DNA from: Tubiluchus corallicola
Taxonomy: Eukaryota > Animalia > Priapulida
DNA: 64,000 nucleotides
Assembly (NCBI GenBank): GCA_030141605.1
Contig: JAQGDQ010002370.1
Span: 399,167 to 463,166 of the forward strand
Direction of reading: 5' to 3'
Part shown: positions 11,112-25,300 of the stretch, one piece after another
How positions within the stretch are numbered: the stretch's first letter is position 1
How the letters are laid out: each line of letters starts with the position of its first letter
Notes under the pieces: generated by a model
Told to the model about the DNA's origin: nothing
Database searches by the model: none
The model's input: only the letters and a program-made list of their open reading frames with translations
Position numbers and translations under genes: made by a program

Positions 11112-12999
11112 GAATAAGAAAATGCATTCGTAATTTAATACACCAAAAGTTTTTGGAATTCTTTGTACATAGTACGAACACATTTTAAGATAAATAAATA
11201 AAAATCTAAGCAAGCTGAACATAGACAAGGCTAAAACAAAATCTGGATTTAAAAACTTTATTGTGTTTTGGCAAGATCATTAATTTCAACAAATAAAATC
11301 TATTGCATCTAACAATGCACGGATGCCAAAACGAACTTACATCAAGCTAAAATTTTTGGATTTCACTCTGATATTAGAATTTAAGTGAATTGAAGATTCG
11401 GATTTGATTCAGTTTCGGAAATTACAAAAATGTGAGATTCGGATTTGATTCATTTTTTAAAATGAAGTGAAAATGAGTTGAGGTTCAATTCTGTTGCCGA
11501 TATTTAAAGTACAACCGGATGATTGTGTAAGCATTAGTTCACAATAAAGAATACTCGAAAATTTGAAAACTACAAAAGCTTTTTTTTAAATCAAAGCTTA
11601 GATTAAATAATAATTACCTAGGATACTCAAATTTCCTTAAACTTTCAAAGCTACGTGCGGCTCAATGAATCTACTAAGATTGGCAGCGGCGCCTTTTTGT
11701 CACATTCGCGTGGCCAACAAATAGAAGGCGGAACCGTGATAAGCATGATCACATGAACTGCAGTGTTAGTTTCTGATGTCACATGATGTAAAGCCCTTTT
11801 CGGGACATCATGCGTTTAAATAGTATTGTAACACTTATGCAAATGGGCTTGATGCGCAAGGGAAGACGCCTGCCATTGCACAAACTGTGTGTTAGTTTCT
11901 GACGTAAGCAATAGCTGTGTGCGGTTGCCGTTAATTAACTTTCTAAGCCAATTATTCAAATATAAGGAACAATTGTTAACTTTTGTAGGCAAGAAATTGT
12001 ATATTTTGGACAGTAAATTAACATGAGATTAAGTCTGAACAATCGTCCGGTCTTCCTTTAAGTTTCGTCCCACAGTGTATTTTGTTGTTACAGATTTCTT
12101 CATAACTTTTATCATCGCAAAAGAACTATAATTTTCACACTAAAACTTTATTTGCTGTTTTATCTATTTTATTCTTCTATCAGTAAACTTATAAATAGAA
12201 AATTGTGGCACACTTATTAAACAAATTACACAGCATTTCATGGCATGTGTTTCATGAATCGGATATTTGTTGACAATGTACAGCCAAAAAGTGAAATGGT
12301 CAGTTTTTTCCGATTCTTTGCCACCCTTGCCGCGAAACTGCCATGCATTGTGGCAAGTAATACCTAACGTAAGCTAATCCACTCATTTTCTTGAAACAAA
12401 CATTATTCTGCAACCATTCGGTCGCCCTGTTCATAAAGAAATACTCTAGAAGCCAAAATCCAGCATTTAAATGCAGGGTCTACTTAAAGTTGACATTTGT
12501 GGCATGACGGGAGCCTGGCTGATCAAGGATATCCTCCTAAGATGAGCCACTGAAATGGCCAAAGTATTTTAGCCATGTTGGGATTACTGTAAACAGACAG
12601 TTAAACAGCCAGAATCAGTGTGGTGAATTAAGTTACCCATCTAAGCAAATTCAGGCAGTCAGGAGCCATTCACAAGAAACGTATGCACAAGACCACGTGA
12701 CTGTAAACCCCTTTGTAAACATTTGGATACTCAATTTAAAAAAAAAATTCTGTAGCAATATGTGATGTTTTAGTAAAACTTGCAATAATTTGAAACAAGT
12801 AGTAAGGATGTACAGTTTCTGTAATATCATTCATATTTCTATAATAATAGTTATTATTATTATTTTTTCCTTTTTTATGAATCTCGGTGCCACAAAGTAA
12901 TAAAAAACAGTTGCTATGGTAATAGTAATTTGAATTAAACCCAACGAAGCAACAAAATAATTATCTTAACAAACTAAAATTGAACTCTGTACACTAAGT

Positions 13000-13927
13000 A
13001 ACCGACTTGTCTGAGATTTTAGAGTTTTTTGTAAGCTTTCATGATCTTATCACATCTTTGCACAAAGCAAAGGTTTCCTTGCTAGGCTCTTTCTTAACAT
13101 CATTGGACAACAGCCATAGCATTGATAATGCACACTTTGTTCTTGGCTCATTCACTGAAAGGTACCTTGTAACATCTTTTCCTTTTGCAATGAAATTCTA
13201 AAAAAGCATAATGAAAGAACTTTTATACATAGGAATTAGAAGTTTTCCATCAGGAAACAAGGACTTTGGAATAACAGAGAACTCAAACTGCTAGTGGTGT
13301 CACCTAATGTTTCTCGGAGTTCAGGGCTTGACTGTTGTACAACTAAAAAGCGAGCCAACAGTTGTCGGAACTTCGCAACCTTCTCCTGAACTTTGCATGC
13401 AATCTTCTTTTGACTTGTGCCGAGAACTTTCAACTTCATCTTTTCAATATTATCCCAAATCGACTTAACAGCAATGAACATCGTCAATCTGAATGAAACC
13501 ATATCTTTAAGCTTAGCTTTACCTTTTTCGTCATGCCAGTGGATATCTTGTTTAATTTCATCAGGCGCAGCCATTTTTGAGACTAAGTTCATCAATTTGA
13601 TATTGTGGCTGAATGGATGTTCTTTACAGTGTTTTAAAGTACTTGCTTTTATTTTGGTTGCATTGGTCCCAGTAAATGGCCGAAAAATCCTTTCTGGCAA
13701 TATTTAGGAATGTGCTTAATGTTACGATTTGTCCTATTTTGGTTCCCGGAAAACCCTATAAGATCGGCGTCTGGGCAAACAGATCCATCCACACAGAAAA
13801 ACTAAGTTCATTGTTTGTATTCAGCATTCTAAAATAACCCATTCTAGTAAATTTCAGATTTGTACACTAAATAAGTCGGGCGTGCCATACTTTCGGGCCA
13901 GAAGGAATACCGTAAAGTGGGTTGCTA
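13000..13927 (-). mobile_element. Degenerate DNA-transposon coding relic, probably Academ-type
   Basis: ORF 13700-13236 (HPFS..MAAPDEIKQDI..EKGK..SIWD..KKIACKV..LLARFLVV..PEL) is followed after frame disruptions by KVCIINAMAVVQ* at about 13140-13100. These resemble recalled motifs of large animal Academ proteins. A possible TAG terminus lies at 13927. Confidence 0.5.
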
Positions 13928-16359
13928 GGGCAATTGGGTCCGTCCTTATGAAGAAACTAATATCAAATTAATATTCAGAACCATAAAAATACCTTCTAGT
14001 GCAATTACTGGTGTGTCTTAATAGTCAGCATGGGGCTTTTCTTTGATCTGGGGCCCAATTGCAAATGGCACCCAATTTTTCTGGACTGTGAGTCACAATT
14101 CTTTACTTTCAATAAATTTCGCACAGAAATGCCACTGGAACCATATATCGGACATAAGGAACCCTACTATATAAGCTAATAATAACATCCTGAGATTTTA
14201 TGAAACAATATTAATGAATGATGCACGTTTGGAATCTATTGATTTAGTAAGCTGATTTCCACAGCTGTATTAGGGGTGGGGGAGGGGAAGGAATTGGCAT
14301 ATTTGTGTTTGCTGCTGTATCTGATCTAATATGATGCAGTATTATTTATATTTAGAAGTGAAACAGGTGCAAAAGAATAGCCGAAATTCTAAGCTAATAT
14401 GTAAAAAAACCAGGTACGCATTAGCAAATTTTAATTTGTCCTAATACATTCCAATCGTGCAGTGAATCAAAATATATAGTTGCCACTAGTTTTGAAGTGA
14501 TGATGCTGAGTATGACAAAAGTTGTACATAAGTTTTAACAGGGCTTCGTCAACCCACTGGCCATCCAATTATACTAACCATCCAATCATGATGAGGAAAG
14601 GTCAGAAAGGTTCCTCTGGAGTACAGCTGGGCGGTTCCTCTGTCTTGTAAAGAGAAAGATACTGTACGGAAGTGTTGGTTGAAGGCATCTTTATTTATTT
14701 TTTTGTTGACTGTTGTAATTTCTTAGGCTATTTTTGGTGGTGAAAGAATTTGTTCAGCTTAAGCAACAACTTCATCCGTGTTCACAGTAATGGAGAGAGT
14801 GTTTACATCTCGTTAGCTTTCAGTTTACGGGGCAAAATCTACAATTGTACGTTTGATGTATTGAAGGAGCTAAGAGAAGTATAATAATTGTAAACGTATT
14901 CGCAGACTGGCATTGTACAGTGAAATTTGTGCAACGTTACCATGGTGATAGCTAACGAAAGCAGGTTTAATGTGAAGGCTAAAACTTGGCTTTCATAAAA
15001 GTACATTTGATGTGAAATGAATTACGCTGGCTATTTTACACAAATTAAAATCATACTCACAAGAACTCGCTCAACTAACTTTAGATACTAAATACTACCA
15101 CTAGCTCAGCAATATAAATTGCGTGTGTACGCAGTATTGAACGCGATGCTGTACGTTGTCACAATGACAACAATAATTTTACCAGTTACTATGTTGACAT
15201 TAAAGCTGTACTAAAACAGACGCAGTTTATCCGTAATAGACGAAACGGGTTTTTCAGTTTTGCTAATGTAGAATGTTAGCTGTTACGTGTTAACGTAGAG
15301 TGACGTGTTTAACAAATCAACAACTCGAGAGTGAGTTTTACTTGAGCGTGATTTTCATTTCATCGGCTTTCACTTTTCACTCTGCCTGACTGTAGAATAC
15401 AGATGCTGATGTCAGTACATGTATTGATGACTTGTCTATACGCACATGTATAATGGCTTCTTGTAAACTTTGAACGGTGGCTGGCCTTGGTAACCATTCT
15501 ACAGCTGGTTAAACTTTGATCAAATAGAGATACCTTTCATATAATTAATTTGCAGCCTAGTTGCAGTACAGTTTAATGATTTTTAGTTGAAATGAGATCA
15601 CCTGTATTTTACAGTTTACAGCAATACCGTATTTAGTAGTGCAAACTACTTGGACTTTGAACACAGAGCTAGTGCAAGTACATTAATAAAATTATTGTAT
15701 TAGGCTTTACACGACACAATTTTGCACTCGAATGCAATAAGATTAGAGATAAGAAATACTTATTCATCGACACGTTGGCTTACTGATGTGAGCCTATGCA
15801 CTGAATGGTGTTTTAGCTCAATTTTATTAGCTATATAATTAGTTTTATATAGTAATTGAAAATAATTTGATCGTTGTTATTTTACGACTAGAGAAACGCG
15901 GCTAATCTGGTGTGTAAACTGTAATCGGCGTGTTAGGGATCATGAAAATGTAAGTTATTTTCTTGCGTGGTGCTTTCACTTTTTTGACAAACGCCTCCTT
16001 GCATACGGCGGTCATCCAGCGGACAACTGTACGATTTCATTATCTGGACAACCCTGCTTTATTTTGCCAAATTAAAAACTTGTTTTAGGTAGAGACATCT
16101 ACCTTCGTAAAATTCATTCACATGAAATCAAATAAGGTCCTGCATAAAGGAATATGTTGTTGACAGTTGTCTGGCGAGTGCCAGCTTCTCAGTAACATAC
16201 CGGCCACTAGCCAGCAAAGCGTGACTTTTCCATTGAATTCTGTGGTGTGTTATTGCGCCACGGAAGAGCAATGAGCTTACGTTTTGCTGGTCTTTATGTA
16301 ATAACCATATCTTTTGCAGTGCGGCACAACATTTTTAGGGGTTTAACCAGCAAGAAAGT

Positions 16360-19300
16360 ATGTCGACTATAAGTGCGTTGAATTCAGAAGAACCGCCAGG
16401 TGAAAAATTGATGAATGGCTCTAATTACAGGTAAAGCGCGATTTATTGAAATAATACATACATAAAATAATAGTCATCTTTATTTGTCATGCATGATATA
16501 TATGAAATTTAGTAAAAAGCAATTAGTATAACAAATTCGCAACTGTAAATTAAATTCAACTATACTTATAAACCTAAATGGTACAATTGAAATAAAGCTT
16601 AAAAGAAAGAGTTTGAAGTACATATAATTAATGGTTGTGTATGTTCAGCCCTTCCACTTACATTGTACGATACTGCTAGCAATTAGTGAGTAAACTATAC
16701 TAAATTAAAAAGTTTTGAAAAAGTTTTTAAACTAAAGAAAGTGTGCTTCATAATTAATTAACTGCAAGAATTTTTTGATAAAATGATCAAAACTAATCAT
16801 TTTGAATATTGTGATTCAAACAGTAAATTTGCCTGCATCGTGTTAATGATGTCACTTATTTGCAGTCCTATTAACACCCCTTCTCAGACGAGCAGTCTTT
16901 TCAGCACCCCGGAAAAGATGCCTTTAAAAAATGGGCCCGGAAAGGTGGCTCCTTCTGGGACTCCTGCTGAAAAAGAAAACGACAAGGAAGAAAAAGAAGA
17001 AAAAAAAGAAGACGTGGTGCCAGTGGGGGTTTTTCATTTGGTAAATATACATTTTCGTTTTATGTGCTTGTAGTTATGGCAGTCTAAATCTAATTATATC
17101 CCTAGTCTTAATTGTTCTAATTGCCCCTTTCAAAAAGTAAAAGAGAACTGACAATGACTGCCAAGTCACTAGCTTGTAGGACAACTTTTGTTAGTTTCAT
17201 TTGCCAATGGTGCATTCAGACTAGTGAGTTTTCTTTTTGAAAGTAAACTCACAAGTGTGAAAGTTCTACATTGTGAGTTACAGTCAGCAAGAAATTTCAA
17301 GCTCCCTGACAGTTGCTACGAATTGATTTCTTTAAAGTTACTGTTTAGTGTGAATGCCTCTGTGAATTACGCTCAACCCTTCTGTCAGCAAATAGAGAAG
17401 TGAGTGTCTGACAGTAAGTTTTGCTCTTTAGTCTGAATTCGCTTACGATTTGCTTGGCAAGTTACTTGAAGAGAAAACTCGCTGGTCAGAACACATCAGG
17501 GTGGCATCAATTTGCTTGCCATTTGCAAAAAATAAATTTCAACTGAAGAGTGATGACAACATGGGAGAACAGTAACAATGTAGTACAGTCATTGAACAAA
17601 CGTCATTGTGACTTGTTTCACTTTGGGCACCCTGTACGCATGGAAACATGTGCAGCACATCTTCGTCATCACAGACACCCATGTTTTTAAGTAGGGAAAC
17701 TGATGAACTAGTTATCGATATTTCAATTATAAAACTAAAGACATCATTAACGTTCTTTAGTTAAGCTTCTCTGTTTGTAATGCTAAATGAATTATTGTAT
17801 TTGGTGAAACATTTTGTAGCTATCTGGCCTTATATTTTAGGTTGAAAAACGTTTCCTAAGTGAGCATTGAGCAGTTTTTATGTTTTTGATTACTACTGTG
17901 ATTTAATTTTTACAATAATTGCAAAAATCCAATGGTGCCTAGTATAAGCCATTTAGAATATTATGAAATTTTGCAACTGTAATTGAGTAACCTAATAAAA
18001 TAAATAAACCACTAAATAAGAATTATTCTAGTGTTAGGGACATTCATGGTCACTTTCATCAAGATGTACAATTCATTACTTTTTACGGATCACATTGTAC
18101 AAAAATCGTAGAGAACTTCCAACTTATTTGGACATGTACATATTTATTAAATGATGCAAAGGTTAATCACTATGATGCATATTTATTGCACTTACTCTTT
18201 AGTGTGTCACTAAACATTTACGTGTTGAATAGAAAAGTTTTGATGCTCACTGTAACACATTTAATAACTGTAGCTCATATGTCAGTTAGAAGAGGTCTAA
18301 AATAGTGCAGTGTCAATTCTGCTTAGTGCTAGGATAGTAACTGTTAGTATTAGATGTTTCTAACCCAATCTAAGGACACTGTCTCTTTTAGTTCTACAGA
18401 TTTTGGAGGTGTTGCGACACCAAACAAATTAAGAAAATGTTCTACTATGTGTGTTTTTAAACTTGTGTACATAACTAAATAATTGAAATATACAATAGGT
18501 ATATTGTTCATAAAAAATATTGTAAATTTCTAGTTTGGACAATGTATTGCCTATAAAGAAAGTGTAAATCAATGTCATTAGTTTTCTACTATTTTATAAA
18601 TGCACTGGTTAAGAGCGAGACTTCTATAGAGTTATGTGTAAGCGCTTGTGATTGTCTCGTGTATTTGCAGTGAAAATGTTATGTGGTAGCCCATAGCATT
18701 TTGCTACGTAATTTCAGCTGATTGCTGTGCATTTGTTGCCATTTGTTTACAAAAGTGCAGAAACACTTGAAAAGGTCTTCGAACATTACAAATTTACGAA
18801 ATTTTTTAAAATCGCCTTAAGATCCTCACAGAACGATCTTAAATAATTTTATAATCATGTTTCTAGATCAATTATTGTTTTTTGCATTTTTTATTGCATT
18901 AATGTGTGTAGTATTAACCTATCATAATAAATGCGAATTTGCAAGCAGAAGTAATAACAGTTACTTGTTTTGAAAAATGCTGCACAAAAAACTTACTATA
19001 CAAAATAGATTTTGATTAGCAGTTACCGCTAATCATTTTTAAAGTAAAATTTTCCCTGTATTTGCTAACTTTGTTGCATAAAATGGCCAAGTAAAATAAT
19101 AAATAATGTCTAGCAAGCTTTTATTTGTGTTTTTTTTTTGTAATTTGTTATAGTTTCGTTTTGCTGATGTGTGGGACAAGTTGTTCATGTTTTTGGGCAC
19201 TTTTGGAGCATTATGCCATGGAGCAGCTTTACCTTTGATGGTTATTGTTTTTGGAGATATGACTGACTCCTTTGTACTAAATGAAATATGGCCAAATTTA

Positions 19301-22300
19301 GTAGACTATTTGGTCGAAGGTCTTGAATCGCGCAACAGGTATTTGATACACATCTTTATAGAGCAGGCTGCAGCTACACTTATGTGTGCTGTATGAGTGC
19401 TAATTATTATACTTTTAAAAACATCAAATAAAGAGGTGAGAGGTAAGCAATTTAGTCCTTATAATGTATAGTTATAATTACTATAATAAAATAACTGTAA
19501 CCATAGAAGAGACTTCATGCTATTTTGACAGACTTTACATTTTTATTAAATTATTACTTCATCGTCCAAAAATGATGCATTAACTTATTTCTTGCTTGCC
19601 AGTTGTAATTATCACCAAACAATTATATCTTAATACTGAAGCACTTCGTATCAGCATGCTATATAGATAAATGACTTACATTCTTACATTTACATAAATA
19701 ATTTACATTCTAAAATGCTAAAAGAGAAAAAATGTTTTGTTTTCTAAGAATGACTTATGCTTAAGAAATATTGTGAAATCTAATTTTAGTATTGCATCAT
19801 ATCGCCAATACCTGTTTAGTTAGACAAAAGTGCCTGCCTCATGGAAACTCATTGTGCAAAAGTAAGTGCTATACTGGAGTAGCAGAAGCTAAACCCAGTC
19901 ATAATGCCAAGGCAATTTTGTGAAATCACACATTAGCGTTGGATAAAATTGAAATTTAAAACTGTGAACTAAAAATTTATCGAGGCTTTGTCCTTCATTG
20001 CCAATGTCACGCAGCAGTACCGTTTCTCAATTTTCATTTTCTCAGACATTTCTGTTTTAGTTGGGCTTTCAGTTAAACATTGATGCATTTTTGTATATTC
20101 TTAGATCTGTAGAATGGTTTAACGAACTTTTTGGATGTAATCTGGCAGCAGATGATTGTTCATGTGTGGATAAGTTTCTAAATTCTTCGTTGTATGACAC
20201 TCTGCCAGCAAATCTTACCAGTCAGCTACCGTATGAGCCGGATGAAATTTGTGGTTCAGATGCATTGATGGATCAGATGAGAATGTTCTCCATTTACTAT
20301 GCCGCCATTGGAGCGGGTGTTTTACTTTTTGGCTACATGCAGGTGCACATCAAGAGTTACACTAGCACTTCTTAAGATTGAACAAGCTTATCCATAATTT
20401 GGTGCCTGTTTAATTGCCAATAGATAAATTAGATATATTAAGATTACTTTATTTTATTAAAGTAGCAAAAATGTTTAGTTTGCTGTACTTTTACGTTTAC
20501 TATTTTTCGTCAGCATACCCAAGACTGCATCAGCTTACTGATGTCATCTAGTCTGTTCTTATCTATCTTCATAAAGAAATAGTATACTTATAGGTACAGA
20601 TGGTAGTATAATTATAATCAGGATCTTTAATTATAAAAATGTAAGCAATAATTGTAGAGTAATTGTTAAAAAGTCTATTTGTGATTTAGGATGCCTTGAA
20701 ATAAATTTGTATTTTATGACAGGTTTCATTCTGGGCTATGGCAGCTGAAAGGCAAATAAATGTGATTCGAGTGAAGTTTTTTGAGGCCGTCATGCGGCAA
20801 CAGATAGGATGGTTTGACATTCATCATTCTGGTGGTTTAAGCACTAGATTATCTGAGTATGTTGTTTTTATTTCTTGAAAGTGTATGTAGAGATGTGGCA
20901 GAAAGAAAGGCTTGTCTTTTTTGTGGGAACCATTTTTCTTAATTGCTGTATTTTGAGGGCTAGTGAGTGATTCATCTTTGACGATTCGTAAGCCTTTCAG
21001 TTGCTTTTATTTTGGGAAGCTATTGTTTTTTTTTGCACAATCTCGGTAGTTAACTAAAAATTACTGTTTAGTTAAAATGCTGTTCTCCTTTCTGGTCTAT
21101 ATCCATATCACTAAGCTCATGTTTGTTTGTTTGTTTTTTGCCATCACATTCCTATTTCGAAGGGTAAAAGTGCCGACTGTTTCAAAATTTGGCATTATTT
21201 TTTTACAAAGAAAATATTTTGCAATTTGAAGCTATTAATAAGTAAGTAAGTAAGTTTATTAAAACAAACCCTGATTACAGTTAAAAAACTGAATTTTACT
21301 GTGGTATTTACAGATTGTAAAGTAAATAAATAAAATTAAAAGGCTACAATAATTTGCTAAACAATATTAATTTTCCACACAGCTTTCATAAAAGTACATG
21401 TTTGAAAGAAACAATCATATATCAGTTCAAATACGAGTTATGCATGTCAGCCATTAAAAAAAATTAATAAAATTTTCCAAACAATTTCACTTGATTTTCT
21501 TTAATGTTTGCCGTTGAGTAATCTAGTTAAATATTGTAAAGGTGATGTATAACATCTATCAATTCTACATTTTGCTTATTTTGCTTCAATATATTTTTCT
21601 TTCTTTCTAGTCGATCTTAGGCCTGCTTGTTCTCTTGCTGCTGGAATTAAATTGCCATGCCTTGAATTTTCTAATTTGCTTCGAATTTTTAAATACAGTT
21701 CAGTTTGCCGTTCTTTCAGTAATTCCAGTTTTAAATGAGCAGGTGCATTTTGATACTTTCTGTCTTGACAGACTGTGACATTCTGCACACCCTTTGTTGA
21801 CATTTTTCAAGTTCTTTAGGTTGTAAAGCAACAATACTAGAGTGCCAGGCAGCAACTGCCTAAATTAATTGGGACAATTGTGTGTAATATATGCTTTAAC
21901 TTTATCTGTATTCGTTGCCTCTGAACATCTCTGAAGCCTTAAAATGAACAATCTGCTAACAGCTTTTTAGATTAAAATCTTCAACTTAAATATCGCACTT
22001 TAAGTTTGTTTTAAATAGCTTCTCATGGTCTACTATGGGAAAATTTGCGTCCTTTAAAACAATATCAGACTGTAGTGACTGACAATTTCATTAATTATAA
22101 TTTTGAGTGCCATAGATCCTTAATGAGACTTCACTATGAAGCCTAAATGGTTCAAGAAATCTGTCATTAATTTTTACACATTTCCCTGCCATTTAAAAAG
22201 GAACATAACCAAGGTATTTAAAGACTTTCTAACAGCAATAGGTAGCACTTTGTTAAAGTTTGCTTGCTAGCGCTGAATTTTTATCTGTTGCACAGGAACC

Positions 22301-25300
22301 CTAAAATTACTAATAAATTGCCTAGCAAAATCACCATTGAATTTTGATTTTGCATAATTTCAGTGATGTAGCAAAAATGCAGGCTGGAATGGGAGACAAA
22401 TTGGGAATATTTGTACAATGGACTACCTGTTGTCTAACAGGATTTATAATTGGCTTTGTCAAGGGGTGGAAGCTTAGTCTGGTCATTATCTCAGTCAGTC
22501 CTTTACTTGCTATTGCAGCTGGCTTCATGTCTAAGGTATGATTTCAGTGGTTATCTTTGTAATATTTTAACTTCTGAACATCAACACTCTTGATTGAATT
22601 TACGGGCCATCCCAGTTAAAAAATGCAGGGATAGAAGTTCAGATGCTCTTTATTAGATTATAGTACTACTGTTGAGTTCACAAGCTGATTGCAATTTTGT
22701 AAAATGAAATTTATTGTGTTGTATGTGTCAGGAAAGACAAAAAATATTTCTGCCTTTAAATTATTATTGTTATTTTACACATATCATATAACAAATGCAT
22801 TGTAGTTAACATGTACGAAAATATAGTTTGTTTGTGTACTTATACATATCACTATGTCAAACAACAGTGTGATTATGTGTAATTTGTATGGTCAAAGTGA
22901 TAAGTCGTGTACCTGACCACAACGTGTTTGAAATGGTTTACTTGAATTTTTGTTGAATGTTTATTGAAATTACGTCTTATGAAGTTTTAGCAAATGTAAT
23001 TATTTTCTGTCGATATTGTATTTTTACTCCAATACTTTTTTATTTCTTGAGGATGGGAGATAGTAGGTGGCATCAGATAAGAAGTTACAATTGTATTCAA
23101 TATAAGCAAATTTTTGCTACAAATAAAAGTGTTCTTATTATTAATAAATTCATTGCAAAGGTTTTGTGGGCTGCTAGATAAAAGAAGGATAATATTAGTA
23201 GACTAAGGCTTAATGAAAATTGTTCGCACGATTTATTTTGAAGGAAATATTTAATACGAAATCATGATTTATTGAGTAAAGCGCATTGACAAATTCGTAG
23301 GTTGAGTGAAAAACTCATTAGGTAATTAAATATCTGTGAATGGGTACTTATATAAAGCCACGTGCAAGTAAGTTTAAAGCAAAAGGTGAAAGAAGCATGT
23401 CTGTCGTCTGGCTGACAAGTCTCTAGTTCAGCTGATTTTGCAGGAAACAAAAAGCTACAATTCATAGGTCAACTTGTAATTAATTTAGAGTTGTAACTAT
23501 GCATTGCGGGTTAGCAATAGAAGCTATTATTGCTTTTCTTTTTTATTATACAGTTGCCGCCAAGTTCAAAATTTCAATGAACTACTCTGAAGCCATCAGT
23601 TGGTTAGTTTTGTACAAGTGCGGCTTTTTGTAGCAATTAAAAAAATCTCAGGTACATTGAATGGTTTATAATAATGCCATGTTTATTAGGTATGTCTAAT
23701 AAGTGAGACTTCCAGTTTTTATGGTTTTTCATGTTTTCAGCTTGCTACTGAAATGACTAGTAGAGAGTTAAGCGCTTATGCGAAAGCTGGAGCAATAGCA
23801 GAAGAAGTGTTCATGTCAATAAGAACTGTTGTAGCATTTGGTGGAGAACGCAAAGAAGCTGAAAGGTGGGTGAATATATATTTTCACTCGTATTTTCGAA
23901 AAACCTATGGTGCTACATAGCTTCTTAGATAAATTATTTAGGATGTTTTATTTACAAGTAGATGCTTAACTAAGTACTCTTGTCTCAAAATTTTATACTT
24001 TTTTTAAAGCACTATTACTATGTGTAAGAAACTTTAAGCAAAGCAAGGACCATATGGTACATTCGTTCTAAAGATGTTTTTGACACCTTGTCTAACTGTA
24101 GCCTGATCTGCTTCGGCATGCAAACTTCTTTGAGATGATGTGCCATATTGGCATGGTAGATAATGTTGTATTAATTAGTAAAGTAGTAGTAATTAAGACT
24201 ATCTTTAAAAGTAATAGATGGTTAAAAGAAGTAACAAAATATTATGAAAGAGGCTTTCTAATCTGAAACTTATAAAAAAGAGCATTTTCTTGTTTTAATA
24301 ATCTGGATTTGACACAGGTAAAGGAAATGCTAAATTTTGTTAAAATGATTCTGACTATAAATTAATGAAATTATTACATCAAGACCTATATGCAGGCTTT
24401 ACTTGCATTTTCAGAAAAAGACAGAAATGCATATTAGACTTTCTCTCTTGTATAATTTCAATATATCCCTGTAAATTTATTACAAAAAAATCTGTTTCTG
24501 GATGAGAAAAGCTTAACGCCTTTGAACAATTAAGGAATATATATATACATGTAATGTCATTTACCTCGTTGAAGATTAGCCAGCAGTATGGTTAAGCTCC
24601 TGAGGTGCCATTGCTGTCTTTGTTTTGTGTTTCTTTAATAAAATGCCGAAATTAGACACATTATTAAATGAAATACGTGATTTTACAAAATTCTGCTTTG
24701 ACTATGTACACTTGATAACCTTGTTGTCCTACCATTCATAAGAAATTGGCCTACATTTGTAATGCCTTGCAAAATTGACTTCGTTTTATCATGCTGTGCT
24801 GAAAGTAATTATTTTTAAATGTATACTATACTGTTGTAAGTATATAAATTCAACATGTTTTCTGCTTTCTGGATGCAGATATGAAAAAAATTTAGCTGAT
24901 GCAAAGAAGATTGGAATACAGAAAGGGTTAACTACTGGAACAGGGCTTGGCTTAACATGGATGCTTATTTTCTGCGTTTACTCTTTGGCGTTTTGGTATG
25001 GTTCCAGACTTGTAAGAGAAGATCCGGAATACACAGCTGGTACACTTATGACGGTATAAAGTTAACTTGCTCATTTTGTGAAAGATGACAAATTCATTGA
25101 CAGAAGAATAGTGTCAGATTGTTCTCTCATGCTGGATTTATCAATCTGATTAAAATCACCGAGGAGTTATATTTTTGTTAGTTTTTGTAATGTACGTGAA
25201 ACTGAATTTTGTAAACCATGTTATGATTTTGAAAATTAGTGAGCTAATTTAAAATAGCTTCATTTTTCTTTTGCCTCATTTGCAACCTATTTTATAGTTT

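Noticed and set aside
13417-13707. 96-aa plus-strand ORF
   Set aside because: Antisense to the transposon relic ORF, with no recognisable features.
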